Source: Octopus bimaculoides
Lineage: Eukaryota
Assembly (NCBI RefSeq): GCF_001194135.2
Contig: NC_068982.1
Coordinates: 60,751,993 to 60,814,652, forward strand
Direction: 5' to 3'
DNA length: 62,660 nucleotides
Shown here: piece by piece, positions 1-13,775 of the stretch
How positions within the stretch are numbered: the stretch's first letter is position 1
Layout: the number at the start of each line of letters is the position of its first letter
Notes under the pieces: model-generated
The model's database searches: none
Seen by the model: the letters and a program-made list of their open reading frames with translations, nothing else
Told to the model about the DNA's origin: nothing
Program-made: the position numbers and the translations under genes

Positions 1-30
1 ATATATATATATATATATAATATATGTATG
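1..30. repeat. (TA)n microsatellite
   Basis: Direct dinucleotide repeat at the window start. Confidence 0.95.
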
Positions 31-1728
31 TAATGACTTTTTTAATACCTTCAACGACAGAGAAAAAAGTTACAATTTAAGCTGATGATGACAATAATAA
101 TAATAGAACTAATGTGTTGATTCAGTCGGCAGTTAATTGTGACTTTTGCTTTTAAACATGTCACAGAGGATTGAACTTGACACGAAAAACAAACACAAAA
201 GGAAACAAAAAAGAAACTCTTTTAAATCTATTTGTTGTTTTGAACTCTTTTGACATCGAATATTTACTATTTTTGATTTTTTTTTTATATTTGGTTTGAT
301 AAAATTTATAGACGCCTCCCCCTTTATCTTTAATACTATTATTACCATCGTCATCATTACAATTTTTATCATTATTTTTATGTTAGAAGAAGCTAAAAAC
401 ATTTATTTAAGTTTTGCATCATGTTAGTATTCCATTTGGCTTAAATCTCCACTAAATGTAAAATATTTTGCTTGGAAATGAAGAAAAAAAAATGAGTTTG
501 AAGCTAGATGCAAAATTTCAAATTTGTGGGAATTTCTTCACTTTGTGTTCTAAGGTGCAGCTTTTTGGTTTGAAGCAGGCTTTCAGTTCCGAAAGCAGTG
601 CCCCAGTTGTTTTGTTATTTATTTTAGTCAGATTTTTTTATGTGCAATTAAAGTAGATATGACAGTGTTTTGTTTTTTGTAACTAAAAAGACATTGTAAA
701 TACCAACATTTTTCTATCAGAAAATAAACAATGAATGAATCATGTAGATATGAATAGACTTGTGTGATGGAGGGTGTGTTTAAACAATTTGTGTAGTTAC
801 ATGTATTTGTGTGTGCATGTGTGTGTGTATATACATGTATGTATATACATACATATATGTATGTACATATAACTGTGTGTGTGTGGATATGTATGCATAT
901 ACATAAATACATGTGTATACATACATATATGTATAAGAAATACATGCACATACATTTTACTATATAATTCATTGATTGGAATGGAAAGAGAAAGTTTCTA
1001 ATACTTTCAAAGGACTAAATTTGTACAAAACTGTAGTTATACCTTAATAAACATACATCAGCTTGACAGTACCATTTCACTAGAAGGAAATGGTAAACAT
1101 TTTTTGAATCAAGTTGAATAAGTTCTTAATATAAATGCTACGATCTAGTAAGATTTTTATAAATCAGTCTTGTATGCTTGCAGTGGCATGCATCTGTTCT
1201 ATTATCTTTGACTCAGACTTTTAACAGTAATTAAAAAAAGAATTAAAAAAACTTATATTACTTAAATAATACCTAAATTTATAAACTTATAAGACAATAC
1301 ATAGCAAAAAAAAGAATTATCAAATTTTGGTACTACTTACTATTTGCTGTGGATATTCTTAAATTTTTGTTTTCTTCTAACAAACCTTAAAACTGTTTAA
1401 TGGAAATTTAAAAGTTCCTTTAGACATCGATACCTTTTTAAGAATGTTGTTGTTCTGCTCTCCATATTTGTATACACTTGAGCAAATTGTTTGCATGTAT
1501 GTATGTCTACAAATGCAGATGTGTGCATGTGTGTGTGTGTACATATATGGATATTGTATGTGTGAGTGTATAAAATAGTGAACAACAGGATATGATCTTG
1601 CTTATTATAGATAATTACATCAAAGGGTTTTATATATAAATAAAATTTAACAAAAAAAAATATTTAATCTTTTTTTACTTAGTTTCTTTTAAGAAACAAT
1701 GTTCATTTGATTTAATATTTACCTGATG

Positions 1729-1729
<1 letters not shown>

Positions 1730-1769
<40 letters not shown>

Positions 1770-1812
1770 TCTCTCTCTCTCTATCTATCTATCTATTTAT
1801 CTACTTATCTCT
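1730..1812. repeat. (CT)n followed by (CTAT)n compound microsatellite
   Basis: Direct reading. Confidence 0.95.
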
Positions 1813-3057
1813 CTGAACCACTTTTAAATAGAGTGAGCTGCAGTTATACAACATGGTCCCAAACTCTAAATTCCATGCAATCACACTTTCTTGCTGATTC
1901 TGTTTTTTTGTTTTCTTCAAAGGTATATATATATATGTATATATACGTCATACATATATAAGAGCGTTGTAGTTTGCTTTTTATATATATCTATATATAT
2001 ATATATATATATAAAGCATCTTATTACTGACCTCATACAATTGTTTCTTTTGATTTACATATTATAGTAGTATACTGGTAATGTCATCTTGCCTGTGAGA
2101 TAAGATTTCCTCTAGAAGAATCATGAATAGATATACAAGGAAGGATTAGATTTATTTACCAATATTAAGAGAAAATAGTTTAAACATTAATCTGTGTATC
2201 ATCTGCAGCTTAAGTATATATTACCTAATCCCATCTTTTAGATTTTGTTTTTGTAGGTCATTTCTTTTTACAAATATGGCATGTGGCTTTTACAGATGTC
2301 ATCCCAATAATGTTTATCATTCACGTTTTTGTTCTCAATGATAGGATACTTCTTTTGTTTTAGTCTTTGCTTGCACTATGCAGCTTATTGGTTTTTGTTT
2401 TTTTTTAATCTGGACCCAGTTTTCAATGAGTGAAACAATTTAGAGGACAAACAAATCTTCCAGAATTAATATTAAGCAGATTGTTAATAATAATACTGAA
2501 TTGAAGTCACAGTTACAAAAATAAAAATAAAATAATTCTCAATAATTATATAGGTGCGAAACAACCCAGCAAGCCTTAGCTAGTTTCCATTTAATCACAC
2601 TATGTCAATAAACTTCTGAATATTCTACTTACCTTTAATATACCTACCCACCCTGCATACACACACATGTACAAATGATATACATTTCATTGTTCCCATG
2701 GAATTATCAAACTATTTGCCAGTTCATATGTAAATGCTAAGCACTGTAACTTATTTTCATTGTATTTAGATTTTTCTTGACAATATTGGACGAGTACAAT
2801 GTGTTTATAATTATCAATAAACTATTATAAGTGCATAAAAGATGAAGGAAATGATGTAGCAATTAAAAATCTTTCCCTTCTTAAGATTAGGGATATGTTC
2901 ATAATAAACAAAAATTGGTATTCATATTTATTATTAATATTGAATGGAGTAGAAAATTTAAGTTCTGAAATATGGATTCACACTAAAATACTAGTTAGTT
3001 AGCATCACTGCCACTGGTGGAGAAGCTGACTTAGACATTTCAGTATAAAAGGAAATT

Positions 3058-3238
3058 ATGGTAGAATTGTTAGCATGCCAGGCAAAATACTTAGCAGCAT
3101 TTTGTCCATTTTTACATTCTTAGTTCAAATTCCTCCAAGGTTAACTTTGCCTTTCATCCTTTCAGGATTGATTACTGGGGTCAATGTGATCAACCCCTCC
3201 CCTAAAATTGCTGGCCTTGTGTAAAATTTGAAACCAAT
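3058..3238 (+). mobile_element. SINE family B, degraded copy
   Basis: Contains gaattgttagcatgccagg, the B-box-like tagttcaaattc, the core tttgcctttcatcctttcagg and the tail ggccttgtgtaaaatttgaaacc. These motifs are shared with about 13 other copies in the window. Confidence 0.85.
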
Positions 3239-6200
3239 ATAAAAAGAAATTATGAAAGGAACAAAAAATAAAATTCTTTAAAATTCGCCATGACATTGAT
3301 TCTCTTGTATTTATAAAAGTGTTTTTTTTTAAAAGAACACATAATCAGTTTTTGCTGAAAGAGGAATAGAATTGATGCCAATCAATAACTAATACTTAGT
3401 TTATCATTACTAAGCATATAAGAACAATTTAATTAGCCCCAACAGAACATTGTCTTAGAACAGTACCGAACTAGTTTGTTATAAATTCAATCAAGCGTTC
3501 TACTGTTTAGTTAGCTCAAATTACTGAGACATGACGAGTTAAATTTAACAGGGAGGAAGAACACAAATTGCCAGGTTTATGCCAATTTCAAGGGCATTTG
3601 CACTGGAAATGAAGAAAATTATTCAAACTGGAAACTGAAACTAGGTTACAGATTTGAATTTACAATTAGAACTTACTTCAATATTTCAATAGCAATCATG
3701 ACAACAGTAGCAACAACAACGATGATGAGGAGGAGGCGGAGGATGATTAAAAGATAAATTTTCTGAATTACTAAGATTTTGTTTCTTTAGGGGTTTTCTT
3801 CTCATCCATAAGTAAAAGTTCAGGGATTTCTTTTCAAATACAAAAAACGTTAACTTGGTCCTTAATGTCTTCCAAATGGTAATAACAATGCTTAAAATTT
3901 CTAATCTCTCAAAAAAATGAAATATAAACTCAGTCACTGGAAAATAGTAGAAAATAATAGGCAACACAAAATAAATAAATAAAATAATGCATAAACAGCA
4001 TAAATTTCTTTGAATTTTAATTCTTTTTTTCAATTATAGAACTTCTTTTCTGACTTGCATATGTCTCCCTCACCATTTATTATTGATAATGATGATGATT
4101 ATCATCATTAACATTATAATTATTATTATTATTATCGATATTATAATTACTATTATTATTATTATTATTATTATTGATTAGTATTGCTACTGTTAGTTTC
4201 TTTCAACCAAAATGAAAATGTCAAAACTTCATGGAAAAAAAATAACTAAAAATAAGTAAATAAAAAAAAACTCAGAATACGTGGACAACAAAATATTCAT
4301 TTTAATGAAAGCATTTTTTTTTCTACATTCATTATGTTAATTATTTTGAAGTCCACACCAGCAACAGCCAAGTGTTTTTTGTTTTTTTTGTGTTTTTTTT
4401 ATATACTCCTGAAACAATAATTTTACATTTTTTTCCCTTTTTCTACAACTCCTTTTATAAAAAATGTTAAAAATGATTAAAAAAAAATATTAATGAAACA
4501 AAATCAGTATAAAAAGAATAAAGAATGTCGTTACTGGACTACACAGCATGCATTCTCCGTGAAGTGCCAATGAAAAAATAAATACCTTATTGAAGATTCC
4601 TAACTCTCTTACCAGTGGCAGTGGTGATATCCCTGAAAACAAACAAACAAATGCAACAACTACAATAATAAACATACTAAAATGTTACTGTTGAATTTAG
4701 AGGTCTCTGGTCTTAGATGGTTTATTTAGTCACATATTTTGTGATGCAATTTGAAGTGATTTCTAGTGTAGTACCTAGTAGATTAACAGCTACATTAGGG
4801 TACAATCAGTTGTAAGTTATTTTAGCAAGACTTATTTCAGTAACTTCAATTCCAGTGCAGGACTGGCCAGTCTGCCATGCACTGTAGCAATCAGTTGTAC
4901 CATACTGTTTCTTTGTATTTATTGTTAAATTACTGAAGATATTTATATGGCACTAACTTGACTGGTTTTTTTAATCAGTTGGGCTAGTAATAAACATTTA
5001 TAACCAACATATTTGTGTTCTTATTTTTCTTTATTTACTACTTGTATTTGCTCTGCGATACATTAATGAATGTCAGTGTGGCCTAAAAGTCAATGCAGTG
5101 TCAAGTTTCAGATAAGAAAAAAAAAATAGATTTAGTCTCAATTTGACAATATGAATTTACTTTGCTGATATAGTGACTATATTAATTTATTTTACTAATT
5201 TAGAAACAAAATAAATTTACTTAACTAATTTAGTGTAAAGAGTGCTATAGAAACATTTTACTAGAAAGTGACTGGGGCCTCAGGTTTCTAGTCTGTGGTT
5301 TGTACCCAGCATGAAACTTCTAAAAGGTGTGATCAGATTTAACATGCAAAGTAAAAAATAGAAAGAGAAAAAGAAAAAAGTCTATAGAAGCGAAGCAGGC
5401 CACAAATTTTGACAAAGATAAATAAAAGTTGAAATATATTGAATCTATTTTCTCTATTGTTTTTACCATTATGTAGATAAGTATGAGGTCCATATCTGAA
5501 GAAGATTAACTCAAATCAGAATACAATCCCTCCAAATCCCTATCAAGGTTGGCTTGTCATAAGTGAAAAGTGTAGCACTCGTCAGGAAATTAAATTATTC
5601 AACCTATTTAATACGGCTGTTATTCTATCCTTATATAAAACTGAAAATATCTGAATTGGGTTGTTGAATAAAGTAATATCCAAAAGTCAGGATACAATAT
5701 TAATGCATCTATACTTGCAGATTTGGTTGGAAATACTTTTTTAAAAATAACCTTCCACTATGAATGCTGGAATATTAGAGAGAATATTCTTCAATTTAAG
5801 CATATTTACCTTATGAAAATTGAAGTTATTTACATTCATTATCGCTTTTATCATAAGATTTATCTTCCTTTTGTTGCTGTGATTGCTGGAAATGACACAC
5901 TGCTAAACTGAACCCTTAGAATATTTAATTTTACCTCATTACCTAAGTTAAAAAATCCTGAGTGTATCTTTCTTCAGTTTGGAGGGCCAGTAAATACAAA
6001 TGTTATACTGGAATTAATTGAATCTTTTGTACCCTTCTAGAAAACTGATTCTATATCTAAGAAATCATCATGCAGCATCGTAAAATGATAACTTTGAATG
6101 CTTTTGACAAAGCATTTAAAATGTATGTGGATAAAACCCTTAAAAATAGAAAATAATCTTGTATTGTCTTTTCTATCGTTCCTACTCATATTACTTACTC

Positions 6201-8983
6201 TATGAAATTTAATCATGGAAACATACTTAATTTTAGAAAAACATTAAATAAATTATTTTACTCTTAAAAATTAAACATTTTTCAAAATATTTGTACAGGA
6301 CAATTCATTTCGTTTATCACTATTTGAATTTTCAAATCTAAAGCTTAAAGAACATGTAGGAGAAAATGATAAGTACCTACACCACAATTTTGGAAGGAAG
6401 CCAAACAACATTAACAAAAGAATTTTAATATCTCAGAAGAATTCATCATTTTTTTTTTTTTGTCTTGTTCAACTCATGTAACAAGTATTTCTCTAAAGAA
6501 AAACAATTGCATTATAAGTTTTATTAACAATAATGATTAAGTAGATGCCATTAAAATCTTAACATATTGTTCCTATAATATTCACAAATACGTTTGTCTA
6601 TTCAAGCTCAGGCAGCTTTCTACTGACTATTCAAAGAATACTTTCTACAGCACAGATTGCTTCTTTTTTATCTATATATTTTCAAATCTTAGCTACTACA
6701 GTGAAATTGCTATTCTCTTTACACAAATGTAATGCACCAAACTGAAGTTAAAACAACATAAGTACCAAACCTGTCACTGTAAAACTAAACATTAAACAGC
6801 TGAGAAAATATAGTGTCAAGCAAAGCTTGTCTTGTATAGATAAACTTACTAAGATATAAGAATACAGTTTGTTTTTGTTGGTTTTCCTTAAAGGTAAATT
6901 TTAGACTAAAATAAAACGAAATTTATAAACATAATTTAATTTTCTGTAAACAAATTTCATCACTTGGATCAATTTTGAAATTAAGCACATTATTATATAG
7001 CAAAATGAATATCATTAATTTTGATAGTGGAGCTTTTGGTGGCTTTCAAAAGAATATATGATCTAAAATTTCAATGGTGTATATAACCTGTCAACAATTC
7101 AGCAAAGTATCTTTGAATAAAACCCAGTTTACTTTGCTGTAAATAACAAGGTATGTAAGTAGTGGGGGAGACATACCAGAGTCTTTTTATTAGGTTTTAG
7201 TGCAAAGTTTTGTGTTATTCTTCAGATACTCTATCCTTTCTGTCTTACCTGATCTCAAAATCTGATAGCTAATTCTTTCAGGCAATTTTTGATATGACGT
7301 ATAGATAAAAAAAAAAGTATCTATCTTGCTCAGTTTCAGAGTGAGTCAGAACATGAAGATAAGAGAATGGAATGAACATTGGAATATTCACTTTCATAAT
7401 TCTTGGTTACAGCTTTCTAAGTATTAACCATTTGTGACACACTTTTTAATACTACAATTTTTGACACATTAAGTTTTGTCAGCAAGAAGAAATTAATAAC
7501 AAACAATTAAATAACATATGACATGTCTGGTTATATGTTGTGATATCTGACATCAAATATTTGTATTTTATTGAATTTGACTTAATTTCATGATGTCTAG
7601 AGTTTATTGACCACACACATTTTGGAAATCACTCACCTTAGCTTTGGATTCAAAATTCACTAAGGTTAAGCTTGCCTTTTATCCCATTGGGCCCATAAAA
7701 GGAATAGCAATGCTAATTCAAATACGTTCTGTTAAATTTGTGTTGTGCCATTTCTACATTTAAAAGAAGAAATTATAGCTATTAAGCAGAATAGTTTGGG
7801 AAAAACTATATCTAGAAGTTCCAATGTATAAATTGTCTAATTTACATTATTAAATTAATGTTGGAAATGCAAACAAATTTAAACTGCAAGTAAAAAATGG
7901 TTTTCAAATAAAAGAAATATAATTGAAACTAAAATGTTCAAATTAGATGGAACTGAATTATTAAAATCAGCATAATGTAATAACATTATGAACGTGACTT
8001 TCTCAGAGTCACTGTGATAATTAATTAAGCCATGCAACAATTTTTCTTTCCCCACCTCCTCTTAGGTGGACAAAGAGGCTGTACCTATGACCTTTTCAGG
8101 CTCTCAGAGACTGGTCAAACAGCTATGATTGACGTTCAGTTTGAAGAGATGTAAAATGACAACATTCAAGGAAATTTGGAGAATTCAAATGAGTGGATAC
8201 TTTAAGGATAAGCCAAAGTGATTGGTGTGGGCCTGAGATGGGAGACAGGGTGGGTTGGGAGTCTTTTGTCCCAACTGAGATGAAAAGAATCAAGATAAAA
8301 ATGCAACAAGTAGAAGCACAATATGCGGTGTGCCCTTCCAAATGGTAGAGAATCAATATTTCTACAATTATGATGGTTAAAAAGCATTTATTAAGGGTTT
8401 ACATATAAAAACTTACGGTTTAGACAACAGTGCATTGGCACTATAGATAAGTATTTAAGAGGTAGAGTAGGGATAAAATAAGTTAATTGGTAAACTAGCA
8501 GCAAGCAAAGTTTACAGAGAAACTAAAATGATGACATATGAACCATCATATAATAGAATCACGTGTGTCTGTGTACAGGCATACACACACACACACACAC
8601 ACACTATATTTACTTGGGTTCATTAGGATCTTGATAATAATGCAACACAGAGGAATGCAGAAAATGCTTCATCAGAGCAGACAACACTACATAATAGATA
8701 TAGTAGATGTATGCAAGAGAAAAGTGAAAGTAAAAGAAAATAAATAAATAAATCCTAGCCTGTAGTAAAACAAAACGGTTATTACATGGCAGTAGTGGTT
8801 ACAGCTTCCCCAGTTTGGTGCAGTGGATACATGTGTGAGAGTGGTCACAAAACATGCTACAGTGTGGGTGTTTTCCTGCTAGAATCAATGTTGCTCAGCA
8901 CTACTGGAGAGAGAGCAATAGGTACTGGAATTATTGTGATGTCCAGTTAGCGAGTATCCAGCAGAACAAGCAGTATGTAAATT

Positions 8984-9050
8984 AATAATAATAATAATAA
9001 TAATCATAATAATAATCATAATAATAATAATAATGTTAATAATGATGATG
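8984..9050. repeat. (AAT)n tract, probably the 3' tail of the adjacent minus-strand SINE-B
   Basis: Direct reading; it abuts the SINE-B tail at 9052. Confidence 0.85.
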
Positions 9051-9051
9051 A

Positions 9052-9262
9052 TTTCAAATTTTGGCACAAGGCCAGCAGTTTCGGGGGTGGAAGCAAGTTG
9101 ATTACATTGACCCTACATTGATCCACTGTTCAAATTGTACTTATTTTATTGATCCTGAAAGGATGAAAGGCAAAGTCACTTTCAGCAGAATTTGAACTCA
9201 GAACATAAAGACAGACAAAATACTGCAAAGCATTTTGCCCAGCGTGCTAATGATTCTGCCAG
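9052..9262 (-). mobile_element. SINE family B (tRNA-related head, conserved core)
   Basis: Reverse complement of the family B consensus: ...gaaaggatgaaaggcaaagtc...gaatttgaactcagaac...gattctgccag. Confidence 0.9.
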
Positions 9263-9288
9263 AATAAGGATAAACATAATAATAATAA

Positions 9289-9492
9289 TCCTTTCTACTA
9301 TAGGCACAAGGTCTGAAATTTGTGGGGAGGGAGTAAGTCCATTACATCAACCCCAGTACTTGACTCATACTTAATTTATTGACCCCTAAAGGATGAAAAG
9401 CAAAGTCAACCTCAGCAGAATTTGAACTCAAAACGTAGTGACGGATGAAATGCTGCAAAGCATTTTGTCCGGCATGCTAATGATTCTGCCAG
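9289..9492 (-). mobile_element. SINE family B, tandem to the previous copy, with alternative tail (cctttctactataggcacaagg)
   Basis: Same core motifs; separated from the previous copy by a short (AAT)n. Confidence 0.9.
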
Positions 9493-9629
9493 AAAAATAA
9501 TAATAATAATATCTATCAATCACTCTCTCTCTCTCGCCTCATTTATGTGTGTGTGAATGCATGTATATATACATACATATTCATATATAGACACATGCAT
9601 ACACATAGTGATTGAGAGACCTTTTTTAA

Positions 9630-9790
9630 TGTTTGGCCTAAGAAGTAGACCACTCAGATCTGGGAAGTCACAGATTTGCCACTCACAGCAAAAGAGGGCA
9701 GAGCTTCTGACTGAAGCAGATGGTGCTGGTGGTGATCTATCTGGCAGAAGAGAATGAGGTTCTAGAGAAGACTGATGTCTAAGGCTAAAA
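9630..9790 (+). pseudogene. Possible RTE LINE C-terminal remnant
   Basis: gcttctgactgaagcagatgg translates as ASD*SRW, resembling the RTE terminal A(S/Q)DRxxW motif. Weak evidence. Confidence 0.3.
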
Positions 9791-9821
9791 CAAATAAATA
9801 AACACACACACACACACACAT

Positions 9822-10470
9822 ATTCTTTTATTCTTTTACTTGTTTCAGTCATTAGACTGCAGCCATGCTGGAGCACAGCCTTGAAGAATTTTAGTTGAAT
9901 GAATCTACCCCAGTACTTTTTTTGTTGAAGCCTGGTACTTATTCTATTAGGCTTTTTTGCTGCACCACTAAGTTATGGGAACATAAACACACCAACAACG
10001 GTTGTCAAGCAGAGGGGGAGGACACACATACACACACACACACACAAACACACATGGCATGTAAAAAGCACCATTTGAGCATGGCTGATGTCAGTACCAC
10101 TTGACTGGCCCTTGTGCTGGTGGCACATAAAAGCACCCACTACACTCTTGGAGTGGTTGGTGTTAGGAAGGGCATCCAACTGTAGAAACTCTGCCAGATC
10201 AGATTGGAGTTTGGTGTAGTCTTCTGGCTTGCCAGCCCTCAGTCAAACCATCCAACTCATGCCAGCATGGAAAGCAGACGTTAAACGATGAGGAGGATGA
10301 TAATGATATATGACAGGCTCCTTTCAGTTTCCATCTACCAAATCCACTCACAAGGCTTTGGTCAGCCCAAGGCTTCAGTAGAAGGCATTTACCAAAGGTA
10401 CCATTCAGTGGGATGTCCCTGAAATTGTGTGACTAGACAGTAAACTTCTTAACCACAGAATCATGTCTGG
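9822..10470 (-). mobile_element. SINE family A (tRNA-derived), split by a nested family C element
   Basis: Tail (cttttacttgtttcagtcatt...ccatgctggagcac) at 9822-10030 and head (ctttcagtttccatctaccaaatccactcacaagg...) at 10315-10470. Confidence 0.85.
10054..10306 (+). mobile_element. Family C element (RTE-tail/Ceph-like module ending in (GAT)n), nested in the SINE-A central microsatellite
   Basis: gagtggttggtgttaggaagggcatcca..tgtagaaactctgccagatc...catgccagcatggaaagcagacgttaaacgatg. Confidence 0.85.
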
Positions 10471-11954
10471 GACATGAGAACAGTGGTGGCTGTATGTAAA
10501 TTTAGTAGAACTCTCTTGAAACTGGAAGTCTTTCTTGCTTACATGTATACAAGAAAGGTAAGTGGTAAGTTGAAGCTACCTAAGTGTAGTTACTCTTATC
10601 TCAGGATGAATGAAGTGGGGAATATATAAAATAGAATGTACAGCAGGGGTGGATTAGAGATAGCAGATGAGAAATATATTTATTTAATGTGCATCTATGT
10701 TTATAATATTTTTAAACCTGAATATCATGGGTGCATGTTATGCAGGAGACATGTATCACCCCATGCAGAATTTAGTTACATCCAGCATCCAGGACACTTG
10801 ACACGTAACAAAGAATTGAGACTGCTTTAATAATGTCATATTTTGTTTTTGATAGTGATAATATACTCAATATTCATCAAACCTAGGAGACATGAGCCAA
10901 CTTTTTGTACAGAAGGTCAAAATGTAATACTTCCATTATTGAAAATAATACTTGAATTATTTAACTTGAAGATTAAATTAATAAATAATCAATACAAATA
11001 CATCACAGATACTGTAATGATAAAAATGTAAATATACATATAAACTAAAACAATTAATACTTCACTTTCTGAAATACTTTAATTGTTATAATGAACCATC
11101 AATATGGGGAAAGAAATCTATTTGATATTGAAAATATCTAAGTATAAACGTTTACTCTTGCATTATGTCTGTTATATCCTTCCATACTGGTTGACTTTTC
11201 ATATGCTGACTTTACAGCAGATACACTTTCACAGCTTAGACAGGTAAAGTTAAAAGGTCACTTTTGAATTTACATATTCGTTTGAGGATACATGAACTTT
11301 TTCAATGTACTTTTGATGAGGAAATATAACTCTTACTAAGCACCTCTTTTTCTATATATCTTAATATTACGAATAAAAGGAACAAACAAAATATATTCCT
11401 TACGCATGAGAGAATTTGCTCCTTGGATTTCATAGCTCATAATTAGTGGTGCACATTATACATGTGGGCACACTGTATGCAAATAAATACAAATACATGA
11501 CATCTCAAAGAGGAATAAGAATAGAGTGCTTAGAAAATAGAATAGACATTAGGCAGAAGTCACCAGATATTATCACGAAAGAGGATTACATGTCACATGG
11601 ATTCATCATTATATAGAAGTTGCATAAAATTTAAAGGTGATATTAAGCATTCTTAACAGCAATCCAGGAAGAATTGTACAGTAAATTATATCAATGAGAA
11701 TTATTTTATTTTCTGAGCTACAAGATCTGCTAATGAAGTTTTGGTTTGTTTGTTTTTGTTTTTTTTGGGGTTTTTTTTTTTGTTTTATATATTTAAATGG
11801 ATCCTGAAAACAACAACAGAAAGTTATAAATGACAGTGAAAATATTGGGATGGGTTTATTTAACATTACAAATTATTGATAAAAAAGATTTGATAAAACT
11901 GCAACAGTATGAAGAATACTCAAAAATGTAGATCCTCATTGAAAATCTTTTCTT

Positions 11955-12110
11955 GGCTGTGTGGTAAGTAGCTTGCTTACCAACCACATGGTTCTGGGTT
12001 CAGTCTCACTGCGTGGCACCTTGGGCAAGTGTCTTCTACTATAGCCTCGGGCCGACCAAAGCCTTGTGAGTGGATTTGGTAGACGGAAACTGAAAGAAGC
12101 CCGTCGTGTG

Positions 12111-12157
<47 letters not shown>

Positions 12158-12372
12158 GTGTGTATGTGTTTGTGTGTCTGTGTTTGTCCCCCAACATCAC
12201 TTGACAACCGATGCTGGTGTGTTTACGTCCCCGTAACTTAGCGGTTCGGCAAAAGAGACCGATAGAATAAGTACTAGGCTTCCAAAGAAGAAGTCCTGGG
12301 GTCGATTTGCTCGACTAAAGGTGGTGCTCCAGCATGGCCGCAGTCAAATGACTGAAACAAGTAAAAGAGTAA
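11955..12372 (+). mobile_element. SINE family A, young near-full-length copy
   Basis: A-box-like (t)ggctgtgtgg, B-box-like ggttcagtc, central (TA)n/(TG)n, and tail gcatggccgcagtcaaatgactgaaacaagtaaaagag. Confidence 0.95.
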
Positions 12373-12374
12373 AT

Positions 12375-12545
12375 CAACAAAGGCAAATTTCTTTGCTTGG
12401 AACTGTCTGACTAGAAAGATGATATCTGACTTTCCTCCATTGCACCCATCCCATTCTGTGTAAAAAGTCCAAACATCTTAGCATCTCTCTATCAATTCTG
12501 TTCTGCAGCAGCTTCCTTATGGCATTCTTCAGAACCTCCCCTTCC
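12375..12545 (-). pseudogene. Probable RTE LINE C-terminal remnant
   Basis: Open minus frame EVLKNAIRKLLQNRIDREMLRCLDFLHRMG resembles the RTE ..RIxxRxLRWxGHxxRM region. Confidence 0.45.
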
Positions 12546-12729
12546 TACTTAGTTTTACATTTTTATTTTTTTTTACTTTAGTTCACCTTGATAAGTATAT
12601 TTACATTTTACTTTCTTCCTTTAGTCCAAACATTACTTTGCTTCCAGTGTTATTCCCTTCTGTTTATTTCCTCACTTAGACTTGTTAGCAAGTAAGAGCA
12701 GCCATGAAATATTGTCAATGGATAGCTCA

Positions 12730-12980
12730 AAGCTTCCTAGATTAGTAAATAGCTTCCTTTACCTACACGACTTAATTAGTGTTAGGGTTGGTTGCTGAGA
12801 AAGTGATTCTAATAAGGGAGGGATGAGAACAAGTTCAGTGGTATTGTATATGTCTCAAATAAAAAGTAGACTGTACAGAGCATGTTAGAAGCATGAGGTT
12901 ATATGGTTGTGATACATAGATAAAAATATGGAAGCCTTGTGGAGTCTGAAAATAAAGTGTGATTTGTTAGATGTGCAATA
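12730..12980 (+). pseudogene. RTE LINE remnant (RT C-terminal region)
   Basis: LVNSFLYL.DLIS...RLYRA.VRSMRLYGCDT matches the RTE motif DSFCYLGD..RLY.ACVR.AMLxGSETW; cut by SINE-B at 12980. Confidence 0.6.
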
Positions 12981-13191
12981 TTGGTTTCAAATTTCAGCAC
13001 AAGGACAGCAGGTTTGGAGGAGGGGTTAAGTTGATTACATCAACCTCATGCTCAGCTGATACTCATTTTATCGACTCTGAAAGGATAAAAGGCAAACTCA
13101 ATCTTGGCAGAATTTGAACTCAAAAACATAAGGATGGACAAAATGCCACTAAGCATTTTGCCCAGCATGCTAACGACTTTTACAGCTCACC
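12980..13191 (-). mobile_element. SINE family B
   Basis: Tail ggtttcaaatttcagcacaagg through head cagctcacc. Confidence 0.9.
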
Positions 13192-13589
13192 AACCTTTGT
13201 TAGATGTGTAAGATATTAATTTATATAAAAGGCAGGATGCAAGTGTATTCAAAAAGCAGCTGGACATTGCAGGCATCAGTGCTGTTGAGAGTTAGAGAAA
13301 CTGTTATGCTGGTATAGATATATGAATATGAACAACACAAGTAGGTATATATTGACAACACAACATAAATAGACAACACTTGCTGGATTGAAAAACACTT
13401 CTGTGATATGAGAGGCAGCAGAGGCAGATCAATCACAAGGTTGTGGTGCCAAATCTGATGATGTCGACAAGATAACACAGGATTGTATGCTATAATAGTG
13501 TGCTGCTGTACTATAAACCTAGCCAGCCTATGTCATTAAAAAAAAACAGATGTTAAAACATCAATGAAACAAACCATCATGACAACTAT

Positions 13590-13775
13590 TATAGTTATTT
13601 GTAATATAAACACAAGGCCACAAATTTGAGGGGAAAAGCTTAGTCAATTACATTGGCCCCAGTATATGACAAGTACTTTATTTTATTGACCCCAGAACAG
13701 GATTTGCACTAAGAATTTAAAGTGCTGGAACATATACTGCAAGACATTTTTTCCTAAATTCTAATGGTCTTACTA
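13590..13775 (-). mobile_element. SINE family B, old degraded copy
   Basis: cacaaggccacaaatttgaggg...cattggccccagta...ttttattgacccc. Confidence 0.6.

Noticed and set aside
133-402. 89-aa minus-strand ORF with hydrophobic stretches
   Set aside because: Low-complexity AT-rich composition and no recognisable domain. The exon-like segment 50-178 has stops in all three frames.
3686-4033. 115-aa ORF resembling a type II membrane protein N-terminus
   Set aside because: It starts at TTG, the hydrophobic part is T-rich sequence, the end is a trinucleotide tract, and no family motif is present.
4490-4675. 61-aa minus ORF and a possible 20- or 47-nt exon (ttttcag|GGATATC...)
   Set aside because: No homology can be assigned and the donor choice is ambiguous; insufficient support.
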